This document shows positions 1 through 13,429 of a stretch of 64,000 nt of DNA, in pieces (within the stretch, counting starts at the first letter, position 1; each line of letters opens with the position of its first letter). The notes beneath the pieces are model-generated. The model was not told the origin of the DNA and searched no databases. It saw nothing but the letters and a program-made list of their open reading frames with translations. The DNA comes from Schmidtea polychroa. Its lineage: Eukaryota. A program made the translations under genes and the position numbers. The DNA lies in contig CM097885.1 in NCBI GenBank assembly GCA_044892525.1, forward strand, positions 52,392,001 to 52,456,000. The letters run 5' to 3'.

Positions 1-31
1 ATCAGAACAATTAGAAACATAATTTTATAAA

Positions 32-515
32 TTAATGTGATTGTTGTTGCTCTTTCTCTCGTACCAGTTTGTCTATTCTTGGTTTTAAAGAAGTGATAGC
101 AAGTCGCAAAGCAGGGCCAGTAAATAACCTGTTTCTTTGCTCCGTTTTAATAATTGACATTGCTGAAAATGCTGATTCACACAAGTAAGTTGTAGAAAAG
201 GGTAATAAAATGTGAATGGCAATTTTGCTGAGGGCTGGATATTCCTCCTTGACTTTTATCCAAAACTATGTAATGCTCATTGAGTTAAACATTGATTTCA
301 ATCCCATATCTGATGATAACTCAATCAATTTTTCTGCTTGTGTGTTTGAAAGGTTGTTTTGTTGGTGATCAAGAAATGGATTGGATATCCACATGTTTCC
401 AAATCGAACATCGTCATTAGGTGGATAGTAGCTGTCAAACATTTGAGCAAGCACTTCTAAATGTTGAGTGATACAAGAAACAACATTATCCAAATTCAAG
501 TCAAAAGAATCTAAA
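32..515 (-). pseudogene. hAT (Charlie/Buster, ZBED5/FAM200-like) transposase C-terminal remnant
   Basis: Reading through the TAG at 266-268 gives FWIKVKEEYPALSKIAIHILLPFSTTYLCESAFSAMSIIKTEQRNRL...SH*, the hAT dimerisation-domain signature. Confidence 0.85.
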
Positions 516-1286
516 CTACAACACAAAAATAAAGTAATTTTTTCTTTGATCTTTTAAGCTTCATTACAACTGTCACTTTTCTCAACTAAAGATTTCGATG
601 GAAGATTTTTTATAAATAACGCTGTTTCATCACAATTAAATATGTTACGTTGTCCATATTCTAAAAGTATTAATCATGTACAAAGTAAAATTCATCTAAA
701 CCCGATTTCTCTGCAGATTTGGTTCACCACAGATGTTTTTGAGCAACTTATGTCTTAATTTAAATCTATCTAACCAACCGTTATATGCACAAAAGTATTT
801 AATAGATATTTTTGAAGCCAATTTTTTTCCAATCATTTTAAATACTGTTCCATTTACACAAATATCATCTTCTCTTAATTTTAAAAAAAGTTTCGTATAC
901 TATTTTATTTAAATCACTAAAATTGTTTAATAAATTATTATTTACCTTTCTTCATCAGGAATGTTTTTTACTAAAAGTGAAACAATATTTTTTCGAATTC
1001 TTGAAATAGTTCTTTTACTAGTTTGATAATTAATACAAACATTCTTTTCTGACATCTTTCTTTCTTTTAGAAATTTTTCAATTTGTAATCTTTGTAAAAA
1101 AAATTCAAAAAATACATTATTTTAAACAAATAAAAATTAAAAAAAAACACCAAAAAAAATAATTTTTAATTTTTTAAAATAAATACTCCAAAATGAGGTT
1201 CTTTAAAATCATGACATAAAATAGAAAAATCGGCTTTTTTAATTTTTACCCAAAAACAAGGATGTTCCCGAAACTGGGTTCGACTG
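516..1286 (-). mobile_element. Decayed Tigger/pogo transposon, 5' part
   Basis: Minus strand near 520-640 reads NCDETALFIKNLPSKSL...KEKITLFLCCS (Tigger first-Asp motif). A CAGTCGAACCC-type end followed by TA lies at ~1276-1288. Confidence 0.65.
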
Positions 1287-1965
1287 TATAACAAAATATA
1301 ATAAATATAATTTATAATTACATTTTACAAATTTTATCATTTTAAAATGGTGATTTTAAATTCGAAATCCTGAAATTATAAAATCCTATCTAAAAAGAGT
1401 TTTTGTCATTTATGAATCATTCCAAAAAGTCTAATTTTACATTTATAATTTCAACCACATATCGAATTTATTTTTATTAAAACTACCATAAAATAGCTTA
1501 AATTTACAATGGAATTTTTTTATTTATTAAGTATCATTTTTGACCCCAAACTCAGTATGAGTGTAAATAAAATTATTATATTTTGTTATTAATTTATATT
1601 AATAATAATGATTACTAAACGCCTTTATTAAAAAATATTGAATGAGTTCATAAATAAAGCTCAATGCAGCTTAATTATGGACTGATTTGATATAAAAAAT
1701 AATTTAATATATTAAAAGATAAGATTAAAATCTGCAAAATATATTTCAACAAAATTTCTTTCACCAATAAATCCATTTAAAACCAATTAAGGATTTACAA
1801 TTTCTAAAATTATTTTAATTGACTTCTTTGATGTAAAAAAATTGATGATCCAGACAAATGAGAAATTAATATTTGTTAATGTAACATCATTTTAGAATTG
1901 ACTAAAATTAAACAAAATTTTGTTGTTTACATATTTTATTCGGAATAATAATAATATAAATAATG

Positions 1966-2013
<48 letters not shown>

Positions 2014-2014
<1 letters not shown>

Positions 2015-3730
2015 CGTAATTATCCGAATATAAGACGCATCCAATATAAGACGCATCATTAAAAATTGACTGAATTCAAGAAAATATAAGTAACCCAAAT
2101 ATAAGACGCATGTATAATTATTACATTAAATTTATATTACATTAAATTTATATTACATTAAATTTATTTTTTGTTTAAAATTAAAATTTCAGTTACTTAA
2201 ATTTAAATTTTTATTTCCCTATAATGTCTTCTAAACGCTGCAGTTATACGACAGGTTTCAAATTGAAGGTAATTGAAGCAGCCGAACGTATCGGAAATAG
2301 AGGAGCATCTAGAGAATATGGACTCAGTGAAGCTAATGTAAGGCATTGGAGAAATAATAAAAATACTTTAAAAGAGTGCAGATCCTCTACAAAGGCCCCT
2401 GGCAGAGGGAGGAAATTATTTTTTCCTGACGTGGAGAAAAAATTAGTTGAATATGTTCATGAAAGGCGATTTTCAGGTTCCTCAATATCCACTGTAGAAG
2501 TTAGATTGAAGGCTTTAGAGTTAGTCAAGGAGATGTATCCTGGTTCAATATTTAAAGCCTCGGCGCGCTGGTGCCAGCTCTTCATGAAAAGGAATGATAT
2601 TTCTATAAGAAGAAGGACTTCGATTGCACAGCGACTGCCGGATGATGTAGAAAATAAGCTGCTCGACTATCAGAAATATATAATAAATTTAAGGAAAAGG
2701 CATGAATATCCAATTAGTTGCATAGCAAATGGGGATCAGACTCCACTAAGTTTTGATATACCTTCATTTCAGACATTGGATTTCAAAGGAGTCAAGTCCG
2801 TACCTATTAAAACTACAGGCAACGAAAAGAATCGGTTTACAGTTATGTTGGGAGCTTATGGTGACGGCAAGAAGATGCCGCCTTATGTAATTTTTAAAAG
2901 AAAATCTTTACCAAAGAACATTCATTGGCCAGCTGGTATGATTGTTAAAGCACAAGAAAATGGATGGATGAATGAGGAGTTGACTAAGGATTGGATTAAG
3001 ACTATTTGGTGTAATGATAGAACAGATGAATTTCGAAATTCAAGGAGGTTACTGGTATTAGACGCATTTAGATGCCACCGTATGCCATGCGTAAAGGAAA
3101 TTTTGGCAAAAAACAAAACAGATCTTGTGATTATTCCTGGAGGGATGACCGGGCAACTCCAAGTTATGGATGTAGTTTGCAATAGGCCATTTAAACAAGA
3201 GATGCGAAAGAGATGGAATGAGTGGTTTTTTTCTGGAGCTCCATCATTTACTGCTTCTGGAAACAGACGAAAGGTTGATTTAGAAACTATTTGCAAATGG
3301 ATTCAATTATCATGGGATGCAGTTAGTGAGGCAATTATTATCAAAGGATTCAAGAAATGTTGTTTGAGTAATGCTATGGATGGATCAGAAGACGATGTTA
3401 TTTGGCAGGACGATATATCTGATGTAGGGAATGAGGATGATGATATGGAAAATGAATTAATGTTTGAAGAAGTGGACGAGTCCATTGAGATTGAGAATTT
3501 GATAAAAAGTGAAGATGAAAATAATGATCTCTGTAATGAAAAAAACATTCTGTAACTAATAAAGAAATATTTTGTATTAATTTATGCTTTATTTCCCTTG
3601 CCCATACCGAGTTTTCAGAAAACTTTCTGAGTAGGAAAAAATATTTCCTGTTATACCCATGTATAAGACGCACCACGATTATCATCCCCAAAAGTGATGA
3701 AAAAAAAGCGTCTTATATTCGGATAATTAC

Positions 3731-3732
<2 letters not shown>
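2014..3732 (+). mobile_element. Full-length pogo-superfamily (Passer/POGK-like, DD35D) DNA transposon
   Basis: Perfect 25-bp TIRs CCGTAATTATCCGAATATAAGACGC; TA TSDs at 2012-2013 and 3733-3734; subterminal TATAAGACGCA repeats; inserted in a (TAA)n tract. Confidence 0.95.
2224..3555 (+). CDS. pogo transposase (Brinker-type DBD + CENP-B/Tc5 HTH + DDE_1), 443 aa
   Basis: Uninterrupted ORF with FKLKVIE...NVRHWR, ANGDQTP, LLVLDAFRCH and QLQVMD; 35 residues between the 2nd and 3rd Asp; acidic C-terminal tail. Confidence 0.93.
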   Translation: MSSKRCSYTTGFKLKVIEAAERIGNRGASREYGLSEANVRHWRNNKNTLKECRSSTKAPGRGRKLFFPDVEKKLVEYVHERRFSGSSISTVEVRLKALELVKEMYPGSIFKASARWCQLFMKRNDISIRRRTSIAQRLPDDVENKLLDYQKYIINLRKRHEYPISCIANGDQTPLSFDIPSFQTLDFKGVKSVPIKTTGNEKNRFTVMLGAYGDGKKMPPYVIFKRKSLPKNIHWPAGMIVKAQENGWMNEELTKDWIKTIWCNDRTDEFRNSRRLLVLDAFRCHRMPCVKEILAKNKTDLVIIPGGMTGQLQVMDVVCNRPFKQEMRKRWNEWFFSGAPSFTASGNRRKVDLETICKWIQLSWDAVSEAIIIKGFKKCCLSNAMDGSEDDVIWQDDISDVGNEDDDMENELMFEEVDESIEIENLIKSEDENNDLCNEKNIL

Positions 3733-3761
<29 letters not shown>

Positions 3762-3783
3762 TATTTTCGCGTATAAGGTAGAG

Positions 3784-3870
3784 GAGATTGACAAGGACTA
3801 TCTTATAGTCGAAAATCTTTTCATTAAATACATTATTTGCAGCAAAAGGCTTAAATTATCACTTTATTGT
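3784..3870 (+). ncRNA. Minimal hammerhead-like motif, repeat family B (copy 1)
   Basis: GAGA-TTGACAA-G-GACTAT-CTT-ATAGTC-GAAA-ATCT-TTTC, followed by ~50 bp shared with the copy at 27896. Confidence 0.5.
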
Positions 3871-3899
3871 TTTAAATAATAAATGCCAAAACACTGTCA

Positions 3900-4436
3900 T
3901 TAGCAGACCTTTTCTTGTGTTCAGTGCTGCAGGAGTTAAACCTGTACCCATACTTCCACCGTACAGGACTAAAAACGAACAAAGAGTAGAGTCTTTCTAT
4001 ATTTCCAAAAAATGTTGCAATGTCTGATTTGATTTTTGCAGCGTTAACTCATGAATGTGCCCCGCAGGTAGAGAACAATTCACAGTTATTCATTTCTAAG
4101 ATGTGGGACTTAACATCATTTATTTTACCGCGCACATTCGAGCCATTATCGTAGCCTTGCAAACGGCAAACTTCAAGAGGGATATTGTTTTTTCCAGGCT
4201 TGCAAGTATTTCTTTAGTTATTTTTTCTCCATTTTTCCAGTAAAGTTCATGAACTCAATGAAACGTTCATTCACCTCAAATTGGCTTGAGTCCTGGTTTA
4301 GAGATATGTATCTTAGAAATAGGGTGTTCTGTTCATTGTGAGAGATGTCTGGCGTTGCATCTACCATTATTCCATAGAAAAGTGAGTCTCTTCTTTGGTC
4401 TAGAATTGAGTTGGGATCTTTGTCTGCACCTTTCAT
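3900..4436 (-). pseudogene. hAT (Tip100/ZMYM1-like) transposase fragment
   Basis: FYGIMVDATPDISHNEQ..FLRYI...VNERFIEF, then after a frame disruption CRLQGYDNGSNVRGK and CGAH. Confidence 0.8.
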
Positions 4437-7180
4437 ACTTAGTGTACGAATTGAGATAAATCAGCAACACGATAATAAGTGGGAAAAAAGGCAGTGCCGA
4501 AAATTCGTGAGTATCAAAAAACATCGATATATTACTGATTTATAGTCTTCAAGCTCTTTTTTTAAAAAATATAATAAATTGAGCCTAACAAAATACAGTA
4601 ATTAATTTTAGTTGATATGCACAAAACAAAAGTCAATATTTAATAAGTTGCTTTCATATGTTCATCTCATTTAGCTATCCGACCTGTCACGTTGGCTGGC
4701 GGGCCCCATTAATCCCGGGCACTCAGTCTATAGCCTTGTCAGCCTCCCCGTGTGGAGGCCATGCTCGTAATGAATTCATCCCAATCTTTCCCTTTTTCAT
4801 CATAGCTTGTATTAATTCTTTCATTGATTTTAATTCTCCTTTAATTACGTTACTTCCTTTTTCAAATTTGGCCAATAGAACTCATTGGTTATTGTCATTG
4901 AGTATTCTAAAATTCGATATGGTCTAACCCTATCATAAAAAGTCTGGATGAAAATTAGTATTATAAATTTATATCCAAATAAATTATAATGCAAAACATT
5001 TAATTTTTGATGATTATTTTTAACAAATAGAGATTTTCTACAATCGGGGAATGGAAAAACATTTTAATTACTATGTCGCTTAAAAATTAAGGAGACTCGA
5101 TATTTTCAAAGGAAATAAAATAAATTGGCTGATATAAAAATGCGTATTAGAAGACTGAACTAATTATATTTTTGAAATTACCGGTTTTTATTTTTTTTAT
5201 ATTCATTTTAATAATAAATTTTTTTTTTGATATTAGACAGTGCTTTTTTAATTTTTTTGTGAGTTAATATTAATTCTGTAATGCAAGTTTGTGCTAGAAA
5301 TTCGTGTTGTGTAAATAAAACTATTTATCTATAAAGCCAGTTTTGTAAACCAAAGTATTGTTCCTTCTCACTTTTTTCCTTGGCACGTCGTTTTGTGCGG
5401 TACTGATGTCCGCTTTTTTTCTCCCGATTCATGTCAAATTTTTAAGGAATATATTTATTTTCTGGATAATTAATTTAATTAATTACTTATTTATTCTTAT
5501 TAAGAATTGATTAATTGATTTAAGTTACTAAAAATCTAAAATCGATCAAGTATTAATAACATTCAATTAATTCTTAAATCTCTTGCGAAACACTACAACT
5601 TTACAACAAGTGCAGACTGCGTAGTTTTGTTGTTTTTGCTCTTCCGGTTCCGGTAGACTGCAGTGTTACTTATAAAATCAACAGTCGATTGTATGATAAA
5701 TTATTATGAAAATAAACATTTTTTATTACGTTCTCTTGTGATAAATATTTACGTGTCAAAATTTTGTAAAAGAATTTCGCGTTCTTTAAATCTTTAAAAA
5801 TCAATATTTATGTATATTAATTTATATAATAATTTGTTTATAAAAAATTATTTGCTATTTAATTTAATTTAATTCCTTACATTCTTAATCAGAAGTAAAA
5901 AGTTTTGGGAAAATTCGTTTAAAGATTTATAATAAATTTGGATTATTTAATTTTAAATATTCGTATATCCAGTGATTTTATTGTGACGGTACCAACGATA
6001 CAGCGTACCGGAACCTTTTCCAACTCATTAAAAATAAAAATTATTAATTTTAACTTTTAAGTATTTTAAAATTTTATTGTATTTTATTATACTATTAATA
6101 AGAATTTTAAATTTTACATTTTCATTTATAAGTTAACACTTAAATACGAATAGCAAAAATGTTCTAATAATAATAAATTTGCATTGCGCCGATTAGTGCG
6201 CAATTGAGTACAACTCAGATAAGGTAATGTTTGTTATTAACGCTGTACAAGTGCGCTTGCAGACCGTTCGCTATTGTGCCGTCAATTAAAATCATATTTC
6301 CACATAGAAAACGAGAACCTGCCACCTGAAACGAGTACAGGCAGTCACAATTTTTAAACTCACTCTTAATTTGACACCATCACTTGATAACTCATTTCGG
6401 CCACGCGGTTTTTAAACGTTATGAATAGAAGATTTGAAAACAAGTTTAAAAATTAAAATTTATAATTAATTACTTAGTATATAATTAATTTATCTCACTT
6501 TGAAAATGAAGAAAACTTTTGATTTCTTTTCGGCTTCGCAATCAAACAATTTTTCGGTAAATAAAAAAAGCATATTGATTGGAGAAATACCTGCAGAAAT
6601 TGGTGTCACAGCGGAAACCATAACGGAACCATCGGAAACAATGCCTTCAGATAGCGTTCTTGGATCATCTGCTGCTATCGCTTTTATTAGTTGGACCCCC
6701 ACTCACACGTTTTAATCTCACAAGATATGTTGATTCGTGGTTGTTTCGTGGAAGACACTTGTCCATAGATACCAACAGCAAAGAACGCAGTGGGCAATAT
6801 GTGTCAGACGAGAACTTGGTCAAACTTTAGGGTTTATTATGAATTGTTTCACACCAATTTCTATTTTATTTTCACCTTTAACAGGGATATTTGTAAAAGA
6901 AAGGAAGAAAACTAAATACAATTTGAAAAGTAATCTAAGAATAAGTCGTTAGTTAAATCTTACAGTTGTATACTATACGGTATAATAATGCAATACAATT
7001 TTATTTAAGTTATTTTAAAAATATAATTTTTTTAGTATCTTGAGGTTGTTATTTAATTTAACGAGTGATATGAAATAGTTTCATTTCAAAATCACTTCTG
7101 TATTGAATTTTAAATTAATGACCTCAACAAAGCACTGCATATATCTATTTATTTAGCTAGAAATTAGGGTGAGGTGAGCC

Positions 7181-7545
7181 CAGTTGCGGAACTTCAAAAT
7201 TTGGGCCCCCGCACAATGTAAAATAATTCCACAATAATTCTTTTTTAACAAAAACAAGTTAGATATTTATTTCATATATCATAAAAATAATACAAAAATG
7301 AAACTAAAACTTAATGGACCTTAAATATTAAAATCTTTCCTCCTTGCCTTCATATTGGCAAAAAAATTTTCGGTTAAAGTTTAATACATAGTTATTCACA
7401 GCAGCCGCTATTCAATGATAGTTTTATGTTTGTAAGCAAATATAACAGCAGGTAAAAAGTTTCAGAAAATAATTGTAAATATTTTTTTAGTAATAATTTT
7501 GGGCCCCCGCAACGCAGGGTCCTGCGTCCACTAGTTACGCCACTG
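7181..7545. mobile_element. hAT-type MITE
   Basis: TIRs CAGTTGCGGAACT / AGTTACGCCACTG; perfect 8-bp TSD GGTGAGCC; internal GGGCCCCCGC motifs. Confidence 0.85.
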
Positions 7546-8077
7546 GGTGAGCCATTTGAAGCAAAGATATTATTTCAATTATCATTCTGACAAAAAAGAA
7601 TACCGATCAAGTGCAATTAGAAAAATAAAAGATTTCACAGATAATATTAATTTTTCCCTTCTTTAAAAAAATATCATTAGACAGATAATGATCATTCTAA
7701 TAGTAAATGGCAATAATATTAATTGAAAATAGAAAATAAGGGTTCAAAATAGCAGACAGATATTCCTCTGACAGATATATACCCCTGGGGTGCATTATAC
7801 CTGATTGTGAAACTTTTGTCTACTCACAAGTTTGATGTAATTTATCCAAAGTCCATCTTCCTCCAGATATATTTTCAAATTTAAAATTAATTTATGCATT
7901 TTAATTATTTATTAAAAAAAATCAATAAATAAAGTATTAATTTTAATTCGGCTTATTAAAATTAATTGAAAAATCAAATTTATAATTAAATCTCCCTAAC
8001 AAATCAAAAGGAAAATTTATTTCAAAATTAAATTAAGTTTTTAATTGAATAAAAGAGAAGAGTGATTTCAATCACTT

Positions 8078-8307
8078 CTAATTGATGAAGTTTGTTTCTA
8101 CGGTATTTGAGATTTGCATATTGACATGCAAAGGAAACCGTTGTCTGTTCGGAGATCTTTTACAATACAACAGCTGGTAGAAAGCGGCTTTATATTCACG
8201 GTTCGTACAGCTGTAGATAACAGGATTGCATAAACTGTTACAGTAACCTAGCCAAAAAACGCATTCGAACAATTCGTCAGTTATCTTACAGTTTTCACAG
8301 AGAGCTT
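8078..8307 (-). CDS. Aminergic GPCR, last coding exon (ECL3, TM7, C-tail)
   Basis: Acceptor tttattttAG at 8309-8308, phase 1; encodes ALCENCKITDELFECVFWLGYCNSLCNPVIYSCTNREYKAAF...; stop at 8078-8080. Confidence 0.92.
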
Positions 8308-8464
8308 CTAAAATAAATGAGCGACTTAAATTAATTTCAATGAAAAATTCATTTAAATGTTATGAAAATTAATACGGTTAATATTGATAGTAAATAATAT
8401 GATTACCATTAATTTCATTATTATAAAATGATGGTTTCTTAGTAACAGCTTACATAAACCATTT

Positions 8465-8537
8465 TATATAAGCCATTAGCTACAAAATATCTATTAAATG
8501 AAAATCGTTTCGATTATTAGATAATCCTTGTGAATTT
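8465..8537 (-). ncRNA. Diverged hammerhead-like repeat, family B (copy 3)
   Basis: Reverse complement TTCACAA-G-GATTAT-CTA-ATAATC-GAAA-CGAT-TTTC with downstream flank similar to the 3784 and 27896 copies; core carries G5C. Confidence 0.4.
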
Positions 8538-8799
8538 AAAAGGACAATCTAATGATCGAAAGTAATTTCATATAATACATATTTTACAGAAAAAACCTTA
8601 TCTTATCATTTACTTGTTAAACATTATTATTATGATTATTTGTTAATTATATAGAAAAAGATATTTTTAATAAAAACATTTCATTCTTTTAAAAATTATA
8701 TTTCAAATAATATATTATTTTTAAAATTTTAACATAAAATTTTAATTTAATAATTTATTAATTATTTAATTTAACACTAACAATCGATAGATAAAATAT

Positions 8800-9135
8800 G
8801 CAAAAAATTATTCAAAGACATTTAAAACACAAGGAATGCACAATAATTTTAGGATTCAATGACTTTATCAATAACGACTCACAAATTACACGTTCCCAAT
8901 AATTATCGAAATTTTTAAAAAAAAATTTAAAGTCAGACATACCTATTTTACTCTTACAGCCTTTATTGTGCTCACTAATATTAGTCAATGCCTTCGGTCT
9001 ATAATGTTCTTTAGCTTGAGTAGAGAGATGACGGGAAGTTTCTCCAATGTAAACTGATAAACGAGATCAGAATACAATTCGACCGAAGTTTTAGACTTAT
9101 TAATAAACATATTGCGTACTTTCAATCTTCATATC
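8800..9135 (-). pseudogene. Penelope-like element GIY-YIG endonuclease remnant
   Basis: Translation VYIGETSRHLSTQAKEH...SEHNKGCK...WERVICESLLIKSLNPKI. Confidence 0.8.
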
Positions 9136-9149
9136 ATCAAATAATAAAA

Positions 9150-10030
9150 ATGAATCCTGCGCATTGTAATGTTCCAGCTCTTACTGTGCCAGTTTCGATA
9201 AAAGCAAAATTAATGGAAGCAATATCTGAATTGAAAAATGTGAAAATCCAATTCGGTATACTCGCTGAATTTTGCAAAGTAGATGAAATCAATATTAGCA
9301 GGATGCAAACAAAGTTCTGTTTAATGAAGAAAAATTGAACGATTGACCCTCTTTGGATGTGACTGGATATTACCAAGGATACATGAAATCACATTTATTG
9401 TGATCAAAGAATTCAAAATTAAAAGACTAGCTGGGCCAACTATCTTCCAACTCAGTCTGCTTTAGTTGGTAAAAGTGATATTGTTAACGTACAAAATGAA
9501 GATAATTTGTGCTTTATTTATAGCATACTTGCTATAACTAAACGCCGAATTGTAGTTAACTTTAGAGTTCAGCCATCAATGTACACATGCTGATGAAACC
9601 TAAGGATATTAGAAGATTTGAAAAAATGAATTCCAGTTTGGCGGTCAATGTACTAACATATGAATCAACTGCAATAGGTACAGATCCAGATGATCGAGAA
9701 CTCATAATGAAACCCCCACACATTGATATAATACACAAGAGTACGATTTCAGATGTTACTCTTGTGTATTTGTTATTCTTGCAAAATGGTGACAAGTTTC
9801 ATTATGCAGCAGTCATGAATTTCGATAAACTGCTCAATTGTTATAGAAATCCAGAATGCGATATAGGGGTTCAATTGTTTAAATTGTTTCAACTGTTTAA
9901 ATGGATTCAGAAGACCAGAGGCGTATTTATTACACCCGAATCACTGTGCAAAATATCAGTTGGAACACACCATATATGTCATGCCCACAGAAAAGGATTT
10001 GTACTTCAAAGACTGGTCCAAATATTTTAC
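9150..10030 (+). pseudogene. Polinton/Maverick-like DNA polymerase B N-terminal remnant
   Basis: Across frameshifts: IVNVQNEDNLCFIYSILA, KDIRRFEKMNSSLAVNV, LLFLQNGDKFHYAAVMNFDKLL, then a degenerate CxxC. Confidence 0.65.
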
Positions 10031-10679
10031 CAACAGCATTCCCATTACTATTGATAAATGTTTTTGGTGATAAATTACATCTTCTGGTAACACCGATTCA
10101 AAGTCCGCATAAATAACGAATGGTCGTTATCTCATATTTCTCATTATACTTTACATATATAATCGTATAATCATCAATGTCAAAATCTTGTGTTATCCAA
10201 AAATTATGACTCATATTTCTTTGTTCTCCAAAAAACCATGACTCATAGTGTCTTTGTTCCCTCGGGCTCACATCTCACTACTTACATTTTATTATTACTA
10301 CTACTTATTAATATTATTATTATTTATTATAGTTTTTCATGAGACATAAATTTGTGAGTTTGTTAACAAATTGTTATTTCTTGTATGAAATTACTGTTTA
10401 TTAAAAAAATTATGATTGCAAGAAATTTTTAAATAAATATTATGATAATATTATTACAGCTCATGTTGTACAGTTTTGGAGTATGCAACGATTCATATAG
10501 TATACATATTATACCTCTGCCAGTGCTACTGTTACCTTCACCTGTTGCATTCTCTATTTGGGAAAGTATAGAATACCATAGACTGCTTTTGAACGATATA
10601 TGGGTTCATTAATTAAAGAAAATGAATACAAAATATATAAATGCAATGGAGTTCTTAATAAAAATCTATCAATCTAAAT

Positions 10680-11071
10680 CAGTGCTTTTTTCCTGGAAAA
10701 AAAGGTGCTGGAACGTATCTGTACCATCCTTTATATGCAAAAAAATGAAGCTGAAATTAGCTAACAAATAAAATAATTATGCAGGACACAAAATAAACAC
10801 TTATTAGTTATTAGTAATGACGTAGTATATTAATGGCATATATTTACTGTGTGCGTGTTTTATATAATAGTAATAACACATAGGAAGCACGGAGTTATGA
10901 TTCACTCACTTTGGCGTACGACTACTACTTTTAATTTGATTGTAATTGACTATTTGAAATGTCAGAAATAGAAATATGACAAAAAACCAAAACATGTCAA
11001 TTTTTTAAAATCATTCAGCGAAAAAAGGTGCCGGAACGCCGTTCCAGAGCGTTTCGTCAGAAAAAGCACTG
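10680..11071. mobile_element. hAT-type MITE
   Basis: TIRs CAGTGCTTTTT / AAAAAGCACTG; perfect 8-bp TSD ATCTAAAT; subterminal AAAAAAGGTGC(T/C)GGAACG repeats. Confidence 0.88.
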
Positions 11072-13429
11072 ATCTAAATTAAAAGACTGTCATAAAAGGT
11101 TTTTTATAATAAGTGCTATTCACATTTTATTGAGAAAAGAATTATATTTACCTGATCCTGCTTATGGTGGAATAAATTCAATTTATCAACAGTAATACGA
11201 AATAGTCTAATTCTGATCAACAAATTTTATGCATCTCAGTAATGATCAATTTTATTTATTTCAGTTGATCCCTAAATTGTAATAAAAATAACCAAACATC
11301 AATTAGCTTTTTATTTACACGACTCTGAGTGTTTAAAGGCACTTCATCGTTTCTGCCGGAAATGCCATCATTTGACACCGAAATTAGGGATACTTAATTA
11401 CTAGCGACATCGCTTAACCGTGAATTAGGCAGTTAAAATGATATCCTAAGTGATAAAAAGTAGAATAATTCATTTCACTAGAATTTCGGCAATTTTATCA
11501 CTGGCTCGTTTTAATCTTACGGAAATAGTAAAATGATAAAAAAAATAATTATAACCGTTGATTGCTTTGGTTCCAATGACAACAATCTGCTTAATTAGTT
11601 GGTCATTTTCAAAAGTGATTTTCTTTTACGTTTTCATGTCTTTTCAATTTAAAAAGTACTGTTAATTTGTTACATAGTTTCTCACCACAAAACACTCTTT
11701 CTAGTAATGAAGGGATTTTAGATAACTTCAAAGTATTTTCAAAATTGATATAACTCCCTTGAATCCTACAAACTTTCAGTAGATTGTCTACAACATCCAT
11801 ACCTTGAAATGGCATATTCTCACCTTCGTTATATTCTTTCACTGTTTCATCTTCATTTTTTTCTTTACTTAATCGTAAATTTATTTTTAATGAAAATCGC
11901 CAAAACAGAACACAAATCTTCAGCTAATTGAATGTTTTAGACTAAATGTGCGCGAGATACGAAGTCTCACATAGCGTTATCAAAAGGCGGGATAACATTT
12001 CACTGGCAATTTGTATCTCTTCTTTAATAGTTGTTTGACTACTAACAAACGTTGTTTTCTTATTTTTCTTCTCGCCATTTTGAATCCAAATTTGGATTTA
12101 TCTAGTTTCACTTATTTCAATTATTTACTTGGATATTTTTAACTGATAAATTTTGTTGATTTATTTATGATTTTATTATGATTTATTCGCAATGTCTCAC
12201 AACAATCTGTAAGTTTTCGCTATTCTCACTTTATATCAATTTATCTCTTTTGGGCTTCTTGGTGTTTTATGACAATCCCTAGAACTCCATAAATTTGATT
12301 TTTATCTTTGACAACCTGTCAAGACAATATTTTTTTGTTTTCGCAATCTTCTTTTCATATTTCTACTAATTAATTATTACCAACCTTCATTTTTATTAGT
12401 TATTTTGTTGGATTCTGTGATTTTATCTTTTTTTAAAATTTTTATCATTGTATTGTTTATCAAATTTCAAGATTTACTTGAAAATTATTAAAATCAAACC
12501 AATTTATCCAAATTCCCAAAAATCCAAGGATGTATTAAAATAAAGTTGTGTTAACGTCGGAACCTTCTTAGTTTTGGCGAACGATATTTTGAAGATTTGT
12601 TTAATAACGTTTTTATTATATATATTAATTATAAAATATAATATTAATAACACCAATTTAAAACAAAAAATATTCAATTTTATTTCCCAATAAGGCTATT
12701 TTGCATTTAATTTTTTCTTTAAATTGAAATCTCTTTATTGCTAATTTATTCCGCTGTTTGCATTAATGTAATTCCGCTCAGTATAACAGCACATTTAATT
12801 ATTATTTTATTATAATTTTTAAAATTATTTATTTATATATATTTATTTTATATAACAATGATTATTACATGAAATTTTTAACTTTAATTTTGTAAATATA
12901 ATCTTTCATATAATATAAAAAAAATATTTCTATAAAATTGATCAAAATATTACTAGGATAATAATGAGAAAATACCAAATAATTGTAATCTTGAATTCAA
13001 ATTAGAATTTTAAATAATTTCTTTAAAAATAAAATGGTAGTTTCTTGGTAGCAGAATAAATTAAATGTTTTTCATTTAATACATAAATTGTAGCAAGAGG
13101 CTTGTCTTATCATTTACTTGTTTAAAATTTCTATAAGATTCGAAATTAACTCCATATGCTATCTCATTTACCAAATAAGCCTAAAAAGGAAAGCCCCATG
13201 AATTTAATAAAGTATTTAATTAACCTCTAATACAAATGATATAACATATTAATTTATTTTGAATTTAACTTTTGAAACTTATTTACCTTTTGCTAACCAT
13301 AAAGACTTTCCATAAACGACTTTGAATTTTAGAGGGAGTAGATTTCCCAAATTTTGAATGTACATTATAGCAATGATAAACGGTGTTAGATAAATCATTT
13401 GTAAAGAGTTATGAGACGGCTTTGGAATC

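Noticed and set aside
1892..2098. Poly-Leu ORF (also poly-Ile at 27593-27811 and poly-Leu/Tyr/Phe at 47319-47576)
   Set aside because: Translations of TAA/ATT microsatellites.
2922..3691. Antisense ORFs over the pogo transposase (likewise over the GPCR exon, hAT and gag)
   Set aside because: Shadow frames of real coding sequence, with no motifs of their own.
6490..6952. Short ORFs with a vaguely THAP-like segment (RGC...HRY...W...CVRR)
   Set aside because: Too degenerate; cysteine/histidine pattern incomplete.
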